Virus record (IMG/VR): IMGVR_UViG_3300027906_000002
Coordinates: 96,001-160,000 of that record
Reading direction: 5' to 3' (one strand)
DNA length: 64,000 bases
From: a virus
Position 1 is the first letter of the stretch; each line of letters begins with the position of its first letter. Shown piece by piece: positions 40,937 through 49,145 of this stretch. The position numbers and the translations under genes were made by a program. The notes beneath the pieces are model-generated. The model had not been told where the DNA came from and made no database searches. It worked only from the letters and a program-made list of their open reading frames with translations.

Positions 40937-42553
40937 ATGTCGCAGCTCTTTGGATTTAGTTTAGAGAGGGCAAAGAAGGTTCCCAAGGGGCCTTCTTTTG
41001 TTCAAAAGGATAGTCTAGATGGATCACAACCTATCGTAGGTGGTGGTTACTATGGCTATTCGGTTGATTTTGATGGTACAGTTCGTAATGATTATGAACT
41101 CATCACCCGATATAGGGAGATGGTTTTACAACCAGAATGTGATAGTGCAGTTGATGATGTAGTTAACGAGACTATCTGTGGTAATTTCGATGATGTTCCT
41201 ATAGCAGTAGAGCTATCAAATCTAAAACAATCAGAAAAAATTAAGAAGTTGATACGTGAGGAGTTCGATGAAATCCTCCGTCTTCTTGATTTTGATAATA
41301 GATCTTACGAAATCTTCCGTCGATGGTATGTTGATGGGAGATTATTTTTTCATAAAGTAATCGATCCTAAAAACCCTAGAGGTGGGATGATCGAACTTAG
41401 ATATATTGACCCTCGTAAGATTCGCAAGGTAACTGAGTATGAGGAAAAGAAACCTGGTGAGTTAAGAGGTGTTGATCTTAATACTCAACTTACACAGAAG
41501 TCAGCATCATATTTCTTATACAATCCAAAAGGATTGAAGAATAGTACCAACCAAGGTATGAGGATTGCTCCTGATTCTGTGACATATTGTCACTCTGGTA
41601 TACAAGATCTCAACAAGAATATGGTCTTGTCTCATTTGCATAAAGCAATTAAGGCAGTCAATCAGTTAAGAATGATTGAAGACTCTCTTGTTATCTACAG
41701 ATTATCAAGAGCACCAGAAAGAAGAATTTTTTATATTGATGTAGGTAACCTTCCAAAGAATAAAGCGGAACAATACTTACGTGAAGTAATGGGTCGTTAC
41801 AGGAACAAACTTGTATACGATGCAAACACTGGTGAGATAAAGGATGACAAGAAGTTCATGTCCATGTTGGAAGACTTCTGGTTACCTAGAAGAGAAGGTG
41901 GAAGAGGAACTGAGATTACTACATTACCTGGTGGTCAGAACCTTGGAGAACTAGAAGACGTTAAGTACTTCCAGAAGAAACTATACAAATCACTGAACGT
42001 TCCTAACTCAAGATTAGAGACAGAGACTACATTTAACATTGGTCGTGCTGCTGAGATCACAAGAGATGAGGTTAAGTTCCAGAAGTTTGTAGCAAGACTG
42101 CGTAAGAGATTTGGTGAATTATTCATAGATCTCCTTAAAACACAATTAGTTTTAAAGGGTATTGTTTCCATTGAAGAATGGGAAGAGATGAAAGAGCACA
42201 TTCAATTCGATTATATTGCTGATAACTATTTCACAGAACTAAAAGAGATAGAAATCCGTAACGAAAGAATGAATGAAGTTAACCAAATAGATCCTTATGT
42301 TGGTAAATACTTCTCTATTGAGTATGTCAGGAAGCAGGTTCTTAAACAAACTGATATCGAAGTTAAAGAAATTGATAAGCAAATCGAAAGGGAAATGGCA
42401 GAAGGTTTAATATCCGATCCTGCAATGGAAATGGAGATGATGCAAGCTGGTGAAGTTGGTCCTGGAGGTACTCCTGCAGCTCCAGATGGTGCTCTTGCAC
42501 CAGACTCATCTTCCGTAGTTACACCTGCTGATCAGCGCAAAGGTGAATTTTAG
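40937..42553 (+). CDS. gp20: Portal protein gp20
   Basis: MSQLFGFS, RRWYVDGRL, LRMIEDSLVIYRLSRAPERRIFYIDVGNLPK.KAEQY, EDFWLPRREGGRGTEITTLPGG. Confidence 0.97.
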   Translation: MSQLFGFSLERAKKVPKGPSFVQKDSLDGSQPIVGGGYYGYSVDFDGTVRNDYELITRYREMVLQPECDSAVDDVVNETICGNFDDVPIAVELSNLKQSEKIKKLIREEFDEILRLLDFDNRSYEIFRRWYVDGRLFFHKVIDPKNPRGGMIELRYIDPRKIRKVTEYEEKKPGELRGVDLNTQLTQKSASYFLYNPKGLKNSTNQGMRIAPDSVTYCHSGIQDLNKNMVLSHLHKAIKAVNQLRMIEDSLVIYRLSRAPERRIFYIDVGNLPKNKAEQYLREVMGRYRNKLVYDANTGEIKDDKKFMSMLEDFWLPRREGGRGTEITTLPGGQNLGELEDVKYFQKKLYKSLNVPNSRLETETTFNIGRAAEITRDEVKFQKFVARLRKRFGELFIDLLKTQLVLKGIVSIEEWEEMKEHIQFDYIADNYFTELKEIEIRNERMNEVNQIDPYVGKYFSIEYVRKQVLKQTDIEVKEIDKQIEREMAEGLISDPAMEMEMMQAGEVGPGGTPAAPDGALAPDSSSVVTPADQRKGEF

Positions 42554-42580
42554 ATAAATAAATAAGAAAGTGGAGTTATT

Positions 42581-42940
42581 ATGCCTAGTGAAATAGCACA
42601 ATCTATTGTGAATAGTATCTTTGCCGATGAGAAATCTAAGGCAATAGAGACAACTAATGATGCTTTGAGTGCAGCTACCTATGATGCAATTCAAGCAAAG
42701 AAGCTTGAGTTTGCTAAGGACTGGGGTTTCGACCTTGGTGATACAGGACAAGCTGCTGCAGATGATATTGCTGCCAAAGTTTCTGATGGTCAAGAACCAC
42801 CAGAGCTTGCACCTACTGCTGGTGAAATAGCAAATCAAGAAGCAGAACAGGAAGAAGTTCCTGATCCACTACCACCAAATACCGCAGTGGTAGATTCTAT
42901 CGAACCTATAGAGGAACCAACAGATGAGACTAATAGCTGA
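42581..42940 (+). CDS. Acidic hypothetical protein in the prohead-core (gp67/68) position
   Basis: Between gp20 and gp21; late box GATAAATA at 42553-42560. Confidence 0.65.
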   Translation: MPSEIAQSIVNSIFADEKSKAIETTNDALSAATYDAIQAKKLEFAKDWGFDLGDTGQAAADDIAAKVSDGQEPPELAPTAGEIANQEAEQEEVPDPLPPNTAVVDSIEPIEEPTDETNS

Positions 42941-43568
42941 AGAAATAACCGAAGTTAACTTTTTATCCGAAGAAAAGGATGGGAAGAAGTCACACTTTAT
43001 AGAAGGTGTCTTTCTACAGGCAGAGATATCAAATAAGAATGGTCGCAGGTATCCATTCAAAACTCTCGAAAGAGAAGTTGCTAAATATGATGAGGGTTAT
43101 ATCCGTAAGGGTCGTGCTCTTGGTGAGTTAGGACATCCCGATGGACCTTCCATCAATCTGGATAAAGTATCTCACAAAATAGAATCTCTTAAAGCAGAAG
43201 GTAATAACTTTATTGGACGTGCAAAGATTCTTGATACACCTATGGGCAACATTGCCAAGTCATTACTCGATGAGGGTGTGAGTCTTGGTGTTTCTAGTCG
43301 TGGTATGGGTTCTCTTCGTAAAGAAGGTAACACTAATATAGTACAGGATGACTTTATGCTTGCAACTGCTGCCGATATAGTAGCAGATCCATCAGCACCA
43401 GATGCTTTTGTTGATGGAATTATGGAAGGAAAGGAATGGGTTTGGGATAATGGACTACTAAAAGAGTCTGCAGTTACTCAAATCAAGAAAGAAATTGATC
43501 AAGCAACTCTTATAAACATTCAAGAACGGAAGGTTTCCGCATTTGACAAGTTTTTAAGAAGTTTGTAA
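42924..43568 (+). CDS. gp21: Prohead protease gp21
   Basis: IEGVFLQAE..N.NGR.YP, ALGELGHP, GVSSRGMGSL, DIVADPSAPDAFV. Confidence 0.97.
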   Translation: MRLIAEEITEVNFLSEEKDGKKSHFIEGVFLQAEISNKNGRRYPFKTLEREVAKYDEGYIRKGRALGELGHPDGPSINLDKVSHKIESLKAEGNNFIGRAKILDTPMGNIAKSLLDEGVSLGVSSRGMGSLRKEGNTNIVQDDFMLATAADIVADPSAPDAFVDGIMEGKEWVWDNGLLKESAVTQIKKEIDQATLINIQERKVSAFDKFLRSL

Positions 43569-43570
43569 TT

Positions 43571-43578
43571 TATAAATA
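43571..43578 (+). promoter_or_regulatory. T4 late promoter (TATAAATA)
   Basis: Perfect consensus upstream of gp22. Confidence 0.85.
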
Positions 43579-43615
43579 AACATAGACAAACGCTAATACG
43601 ACGGAGTTTAAACAA

Positions 43616-44701
43616 ATGTCTGAGACCTCTACTAAAGAGTTAGATTCAATGGAAAACGTGACTGAAGACGCAGCTACTGGTTCTACAGCAATCAAGAAAG
43701 GCGCAACTGCAGGAGAAAAAATCGATACTTCTGGAGCAAAACATACTAATATTGGTGGAACAGATAGTTCATCGGAAGAAGGTGCTAAGGGTACGAAGAA
43801 CCTTGGTGCATCTGCTGCTGGATCTACTTCTGTTGAAGGAGATAAGTCAATTAAGACTAAGCCTTCTGACGCAGGTACTGGTAACGTAGGTGCTGCTTTG
43901 TCTAATAAGATCTTCGATTCGGAAGAGAAAGATGGGGAAACAATCCAAGAAGAGCCAAGCACTGAAGAAGCCAAGTACGACTTTAGTGAAGATGTTGACG
44001 CTCTTGTCGCTGGTGAAGAACTCTCAGAAGACTTCCGAGTAAAAGCGAAGACACTTTTTGAGGCGGTTGTTACTCAAAGAGTTAACGAAGAGACTAAAAC
44101 TCTTCAAGAGGCTTATGAATCTGCCTTGACTGAAGAAGTCGAAAAGGTTAAAACAGAATTGGCCGAGAAGGTTGATGACTACATCTCTTATGCTGCAAAG
44201 CAGTGGTTGGAAGAAAACGCACTTGCTGTAGAGCATGGTATCAGAGTGGAGATGGCAGAATCATTTACTGAAGGGCTCAAAAAGTTATTCGTGGAACAGA
44301 ACTTTACTGTTCCCGAAGAAAAATTCAACCTACTTGACGGTATGGCTGAAGAGTTAAATGGTATGGAAACAAAGCTCAACGAACAGATCGACACCAACGT
44401 CTCATTGAATAAGAGAATTGGTGAGTTTGTTAAAATGGAAATTGTGAACGAATGTGCTACTGGACTTGCTGAAACCCAAAAGGAGAAGCTTGTTTCATTG
44501 GCAGAAGGGGTTGAGTTTGAAAATGAATCAGACTTTAAAAAGAAAGTCGAAACTATCAAGGAATCATACTTCACTAGGAAGGCTGAGTCTGCAGAAACTG
44601 CAGTCGAACCCACCGAAGAAGCTTCTGCACCTTTGGTAGAAAACAACGAAACTGGCACGATGTCTAAGTACGTCGATGCGATTTCTCGTTGGTCCAAATA
44701 A
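43616..44701 (+). CDS. gp22: Prohead scaffold/core protein gp22
   Basis: Acidic; LSEDFRVKAKTLFEAVV, KVDDYISY..KQW.EEN, KVETIKESYF. Confidence 0.92.
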   Translation: MSETSTKELDSMENVTEDAATGSTAIKKGATAGEKIDTSGAKHTNIGGTDSSSEEGAKGTKNLGASAAGSTSVEGDKSIKTKPSDAGTGNVGAALSNKIFDSEEKDGETIQEEPSTEEAKYDFSEDVDALVAGEELSEDFRVKAKTLFEAVVTQRVNEETKTLQEAYESALTEEVEKVKTELAEKVDDYISYAAKQWLEENALAVEHGIRVEMAESFTEGLKKLFVEQNFTVPEEKFNLLDGMAEELNGMETKLNEQIDTNVSLNKRIGEFVKMEIVNECATGLAETQKEKLVSLAEGVEFENESDFKKKVETIKESYFTRKAESAETAVEPTEEASAPLVENNETGTMSKYVDAISRWSK

Positions 44702-44729
44702 TAAATCACTTTAAGGAATTATAAAACTA

Positions 44730-46130
44730 ATGTCTAACATTAAACAACTCCAAGAAAAGTGGGCCCCTGTTCTTAATCACGATGCTCTTCCAGAGATCGA
44801 GGATACTTATAAGAAAGGCGTTGTAGCCCAACTTCTTGAAAACCAGGAAAAAGCACAGATCGAAGAAGGAAACATTCTTAACGAAACTCTTCAGACTGTA
44901 GGTACAGGTGGATATGGTGCTGGTAGTACCGCCACAGGTCCAGTTGCTGGTTTCGACCCCGTTCTAATCAGTCTTATCCGTCGTTCAATGCCTAAGCTAA
45001 TTGCTTATGACATTGCTGGTGTTCAACCAATGACAGGTCCAACAGGACTTATCTTTGCGATGAGAACCAACTACGGTACAGAAAGAGATGCTACAGACTC
45101 TGATTACAGAGAGGCATTCTTCAATGAGCCTAACGCTGGATTCTCTGGTGGCCCAGGTAATCGTCTTGCTGACTATGATCCTAGTGCTTCTGGTTCTGCA
45201 ATCAACGATGCTGAAGGTACTAACCCTGCATTGCTTAACGACTCTTCACCAGGAACTTACGAGTTAACAGGTGATGCCACTGGAATGGCAACAACCACTG
45301 CTGAAGCACTGGATGACAGCTCTGCTGCAACAGCCTTCAGAGAAATGGGTTTCTCAATCGAGAAAGTAACAGTTACTGCGAAGTCACGTGCTTTAAAGGC
45401 TGAGTACTCAATCGAACTAGCTCAAGACTTGAAAGCAATTCATGGTCTAGATGCCGAGCAAGAGTTATCAAACATTCTCTCAACAGAGATACTTGCTGAA
45501 ATCAACAGAGAAGTTGTTCGTACTATCTACGTTAATGCTGTAGAAGGTGCTCAGAACAATACTGCTGATGCTGGTATATTTGACCTAGACGTTGACTCCA
45601 ATGGTAGATGGTCAGTTGAGAAGTTCAAAGGACTACTCTTCCAAATCGAAAGAGATGCTAACGCTATCGGACAGCAAACTCGTCGTGGAAAGGGCAACAT
45701 CTTGGTCTGTTCTGCAGACGTTGCTTCTGCTCTAGGAATGGCTGGTGTACTTGATTACACTCCTGCTCTTAATGGCAACAACGCTCTTACTGGTGTTGAT
45801 GATACTGCAAGCACACTTGTTGGTACTCTTAACGGTAAGATCAAGGTTTATGTTGATCCTTATTCTGCTAACGTTGCTGACAAGCACTTCTACGTTGCTG
45901 GATACAAAGGTACTTCACCTTATGACGCTGGATTATTCTATTGCCCATATGTACCTCTACAGCAGGTCAGAGCAATTAATCCTAACACCTTCCAACCAAA
46001 AATTGGCTTTAAGACTCGTTACGGAATGGTTTCTAACCCATTTGCTCAAGGTCTTACACAAGGTTCTGGTGCTCTTACAGCTAACACCAACAAGTACTAC
46101 AGACGTGTACAAGTTGCAAACATAATGTAA
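44730..46130 (+). CDS. gp23: Major capsid protein gp23
   Basis: KWAPVL, FDPVLISLIRR.MP.LIAYDIAGVQPMTGPTGLIFAMR, ALKAEYSIELAQDLKAIHGLDAE, FQPKIGFKTRYG. Confidence 0.98.
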   Translation: MSNIKQLQEKWAPVLNHDALPEIEDTYKKGVVAQLLENQEKAQIEEGNILNETLQTVGTGGYGAGSTATGPVAGFDPVLISLIRRSMPKLIAYDIAGVQPMTGPTGLIFAMRTNYGTERDATDSDYREAFFNEPNAGFSGGPGNRLADYDPSASGSAINDAEGTNPALLNDSSPGTYELTGDATGMATTTAEALDDSSAATAFREMGFSIEKVTVTAKSRALKAEYSIELAQDLKAIHGLDAEQELSNILSTEILAEINREVVRTIYVNAVEGAQNNTADAGIFDLDVDSNGRWSVEKFKGLLFQIERDANAIGQQTRRGKGNILVCSADVASALGMAGVLDYTPALNGNNALTGVDDTASTLVGTLNGKIKVYVDPYSANVADKHFYVAGYKGTSPYDAGLFYCPYVPLQQVRAINPNTFQPKIGFKTRYGMVSNPFAQGLTQGSGALTANTNKYYRRVQVANIM

Positions 46131-46152
46131 TGTGATTCTTTTCACACATTTT

Positions 46153-46181
46153 AAAGAGACCCCAAAGGGGTCTCTTTTTTT
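46153..46181 (+). terminator. Rho-independent terminator after gp23
   Basis: AAAGAGACCCC-AAA-GGGGTCTCTTT followed by a T-run. Confidence 0.9.
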
Positions 46182-46184
46182 ATG

Positions 46185-46191
46185 CTAAATA
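46185..46191 (+). promoter_or_regulatory. Late-promoter variant (CTAAATA)
   Basis: Directly after the gp23 terminator and 20 nt before the AsnRS-like ATG; the same variant precedes gp19 and gp20. Confidence 0.55.
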
Positions 46192-46211
46192 GATTAGTTT
46201 GACTAAAAATA

Positions 46212-47003
46212 ATGACAAGCTTGATTGATCCAAAGAAATATACTGAGACAGTGGGGCGTTTACGCTCCTTTTTTTTAGCCAAAGGATTCTATGAAGTACA
46301 TACACAAAACCGTTTAAGTATACTTGCTGCTTGTGAAGATCCAGAAACAGTAGCAACATATAATTACGGTGGTAATATATGGCCACTACCACAAACAGGT
46401 CAGATGTGGCTTGAACATGAATTACTTTCTAACCCTTCAGCAGAAGGGTTTTTCTGTGTCTCAACGTCTTATAGGGCAGAACCAAACCCAGTACCAGGAA
46501 GACATGAAACGATCTTCCCTATGTTTGAGTTTGAAATGAAGGGGGATGTAGAAGATCTTAAGAGCATGGAGATTGATCTATGCAAATATCTAGGACTTCC
46601 TGAGTTAGATATAGAAACTTATGAAGACTGGTCTAATAAATTCAACACGAAAGAACTAGACCATGACCATGAAAAGGCAATTGGTTCTGGTATGATTACA
46701 GAGTTCCCTGAATGGACATCACCTTTCTGGAACATGTCTAGGAACGATGATGGAACCAGTAGAAAGATTGATGTTATCTTAGGTGGCATGGAAACCATTG
46801 GTAGTGCAGAACGCAGTACTGATAAAGAACAGATGCGTAATACCTTCTACACCATATCTGATGGTGGGTATGCTCAACTTATTATCGATAAGTTTGGTAG
46901 AAGTAGAGTAGAGAAAGAACTAGAAGACTTCCTCTCATTTGATTTCTTCCCTCGTTCTGGAGGTGGGATAGGAGTCCAACGTCTAATGTCAGCCCTTTCA
47001 TAG
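46212..47003 (+). CDS. Class IIb aminoacyl-tRNA synthetase-like protein (AsnRS-related), catalytic domain only
   Basis: Motif 1 LRSFFLAKGFYEVHT, AsnRS-like QTGQMWLE, motif 2 YRAEPNPVPGRHETIFPMFEFE, DVILGGMETIGSAER, motif 3 PRSGGGIGVQRL. Motif 1 begins at about residue 15, leaving no room for the OB-fold anticodon-binding domain. Confidence 0.85.
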   Translation: MTSLIDPKKYTETVGRLRSFFLAKGFYEVHTQNRLSILAACEDPETVATYNYGGNIWPLPQTGQMWLEHELLSNPSAEGFFCVSTSYRAEPNPVPGRHETIFPMFEFEMKGDVEDLKSMEIDLCKYLGLPELDIETYEDWSNKFNTKELDHDHEKAIGSGMITEFPEWTSPFWNMSRNDDGTSRKIDVILGGMETIGSAERSTDKEQMRNTFYTISDGGYAQLIIDKFGRSRVEKELEDFLSFDFFPRSGGGIGVQRLMSALS

Positions 47004-47011
47004 GGCTACAT

Positions 47012-47097
47012 TGTGAGGTGACGAAATTGGTAAACGTGTCAGTCTGTTTAACTGATGTTCCTGGCGGGACTTGAAGGTTCGACTCCTTCCCTCACAG
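47012..47097 (+). tRNA. tRNA with GUU (Asn) anticodon and a long variable arm; CCA not encoded
   Basis: Acceptor TGTGAGG/CCTCACA, discriminator G; D-arm ACG-AAATTGGTAAA-CGT; anticodon arm TCAGT-CTGTTTA-ACTGA (GTT at 47046-47048); V-arm GTTCC-TGGC-GGGAC; T-arm GAAGG-TTCGACT-CCTTC. Confidence 0.88.
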
Positions 47098-47129
47098 TTT
47101 ATGCATATATAATATACTTGATATTTATT

Positions 47130-47636
47130 ATGAATCATAGGGTAGTTGATAATTTTTTAACCCATCATGAGTTGGCACATCTACAAGAAGTATATCTTGA
47201 AGATGACTTTCCTTGGTTTTGGGGACCAACAACTGTACCTTATGAGGGATCCAATTGTGAAAATGAATTAGATAACTATCAATTCTACCATCCATTTTAT
47301 GTTCCAGGAATGTATAATAATACACCGTACTGGAACATACTCGATCCTATAATAAAAAAACTTGGTGTTAGATCTCTTCTAAGAATAAAGGGAAACTTAA
47401 CTACAAGAACTACAGAAATAGTTGAACATGGATATCATGTAGATTTTAAATGGGATGATTCTTTAACAGCAATTTACTATGTTAATAGTAATGATGGGTA
47501 TACCATATTTGAAGATGGTACTAAAATAGAAAGTGTAGAGAACCGTATTGTCATCTTCCCAGTCCATCATAAACATAGTGGTACTAGTTGTACTAACGAA
47601 AAAAGAAGAGTTATTATTAATTTCAATTACTTCTAA
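47130..47636 (+). CDS. 2OG-Fe(II) oxygenase
   Basis: True start MNHRVVDNF at 47130; HGYHVDF (HxD), TAIYYVNSNDGYT.F, VESVENR.V.FP...KHSG...R.IINFNYF. Confidence 0.82.
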   Translation: MNHRVVDNFLTHHELAHLQEVYLEDDFPWFWGPTTVPYEGSNCENELDNYQFYHPFYVPGMYNNTPYWNILDPIIKKLGVRSLLRIKGNLTTRTTEIVEHGYHVDFKWDDSLTAIYYVNSNDGYTIFEDGTKIESVENRIVIFPVHHKHSGTSCTNEKRRVIINFNYF

Positions 47637-47661
47637 ATAGTCCGTAACCTTTCTCAACATT

Positions 47662-47925
47662 ATGATATTTTTAATCTCAATAATGTCATTTGCAAACTTT
47701 GTATTTTATCCTTTAGTGATAGGATGTATAGTTGCATTCGTTATTGAATCTATTTTCAGAGCACAAGATAAAGCACCTCAAGTGCTTCGATCTATGGCAG
47801 TTAGAAAGTACTTCTGGAGACAAGCATGGTTATTCAACATCATTTGGTTTGTTGGATATTTTATATTGTTGATAACAAATAGACCAGGCACACAAGCAAT
47901 GCCTGATATGATATGGCAGGGTTAA
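47662..47925 (+). CDS. Hypothetical membrane protein
   Basis: Two hydrophobic segments; CTAAATA box at 47633-47639. Confidence 0.65.
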   Translation: MIFLISIMSFANFVFYPLVIGCIVAFVIESIFRAQDKAPQVLRSMAVRKYFWRQAWLFNIIWFVGYFILLITNRPGTQAMPDMIWQG

Positions 47926-48120
47926 ATGATGCAATTTCATGAAAAGGATATATCACGTATACTACATGCATGTGAGTATTACAGAAGCATTGTGAGAAGT
48001 CAGGATGAGGATCTTGCTTCTAAGTATGATAAGGTTATACATAAAATACATAGTTATAAAGAAGAAATGGAATGCCCAAACTGTTGGGATCCAGAATCGG
48101 TATGTAATTTACACTTATGA
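47926..48120 (+). CDS. Hypothetical protein
   Basis: 64-aa ORF abutting its neighbours; C-terminal CPNC...C. Confidence 0.55.
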   Translation: MMQFHEKDISRILHACEYYRSIVRSQDEDLASKYDKVIHKIHSYKEEMECPNCWDPESVCNLHL

Positions 48121-48416
48121 AATACACAGATTTTAAAGAACCTAAGTACGGTTCTAATAAAGAGGGGATAGAAGTTATAGGTGGTGGAAAAGAGAAAGAT
48201 TTCACCTTAGACATACTATCAGATAAAATTCATTATTACCATGCTGCTATATCAGCAAAGGAAGCTAGGTCTCTTTTAGAAAAGGAAGTTAAAGAATGGG
48301 AAGTTAAAAAAAATATATCCGATGTAGATTTTTGGCTGAACTACTTACCAGAATTAACAATATTCCTTTCTAGACAACCTTTATCTAAGGTAAGGAAGTG
48401 GATTGAAGATAAATAA
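48117..48416 (+). CDS. Hypothetical protein
   Basis: ATGA overlap with the upstream ORF. Confidence 0.6.
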   Translation: MKYTDFKEPKYGSNKEGIEVIGGGKEKDFTLDILSDKIHYYHAAISAKEARSLLEKEVKEWEVKKNISDVDFWLNYLPELTIFLSRQPLSKVRKWIEDK

Positions 48417-48502
48417 TGTTTGTAACCTTGTTTCCATTTTTGTTAACTGCACTGTTAGTAACAGGAATGCACATGGCATGGCCGCTTAAGCATCGAGGAT
48501 AA
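48416..48502 (+). CDS. 28-aa hydrophobic micro-protein (not in the ORF track)
   Basis: MFVTLFPFLLTALLVTGMHMAWPLKHRG; TAATG coupling at both its start and its stop. Confidence 0.55.
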   Translation: MFVTLFPFLLTALLVTGMHMAWPLKHRG

Positions 48503-49077
48503 TGGCAAATTGGTATCAGGACCAACTTACAAATAAGAATTTCTTATCACCTATAGGATTTGTCTTCTTGCTTGAGAAAGCGAGGAAGACTTCTTTCTTG
48601 TGTCAGAAAGCAGAGATACCATCAATAACTTTAGGTAAAGTTGATATTCCTACTAGGGGTATGGTTTCAATTCCTATAGAAGGTAATGTACAATATGGGG
48701 AATTGAATATAGAATTTATTGTTGATGAGGATCTTAGAAATTATATGGAACTCCATAATTGGATAAGAGCTCTTGGTGTTCCACAAGGAGATGCTGTATC
48801 AACTGAAGCATTTAAAAATGCCCATAGAAATCCAAGGATACCAACAGGTCAATATAAGGGATATAATGATTATAGATATTCAGATGCAACGTTACAAGTA
48901 TTGAATAATAATAATTTAGTTAACTTTGATGTAGTATTTAAAGATGTATTTCCAGTAGCATTATCCACTATGCCCTTTGATGTTACTGGAACGGATAATG
49001 ATTATTTAACAGCTACAGCAACCTTCGAGTATGTACTGTACGAAGTCAGAGAAACGAACCAACAGAAATTGAGGTAG
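48502..49077 (+). CDS. gp3: Tail completion / sheath stabiliser gp3
   Basis: NKNFLSPIGF.F, FLCQKAEIP.I.LG, FIVDEDLRNYMELHNWI, SDATLQVLNNN, F.D.FP..LS..PFD. Confidence 0.88.
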   Translation: MANWYQDQLTNKNFLSPIGFVFLLEKARKTSFLCQKAEIPSITLGKVDIPTRGMVSIPIEGNVQYGELNIEFIVDEDLRNYMELHNWIRALGVPQGDAVSTEAFKNAHRNPRIPTGQYKGYNDYRYSDATLQVLNNNNLVNFDVVFKDVFPVALSTMPFDVTGTDNDYLTATATFEYVLYEVRETNQQKLR

Positions 49078-49106
49078 TTGCAAAATTTCTAGATCTGTGG
49101 TACTAT
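49078..49106 (+). promoter_or_regulatory. Sigma70-like early promoter
   Basis: TTGCAA-17 nt-TACTAT with an extended TG at 49098-49099; marks the switch from morphogenesis to replication genes. Confidence 0.65.
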
Positions 49107-49145
49107 TGAAAGACTATACATATTGTGGTATGGGAGGTCTAGGGA

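Noticed and set aside
47012-47097. Calling the tRNA Leu or Ser from its shape
   Set aside because: The 5-bp anticodon stem fixes GTT at positions 34-36, and the discriminator is G rather than the Leu A73. The charged amino acid remains untested.
47108-47113. TATAAT downstream of the tRNA as an independent promoter
   Set aside because: No -35 or extended TG, and the region is very AT-rich, so a chance match is likely.
47055-47129. N-terminal extension MFLAGLEGSTPSLTV... of the ORF-track 193-aa protein
   Set aside because: It runs through the tRNA variable and T arms; the oxygenase domain starts at the ATG at 47130.
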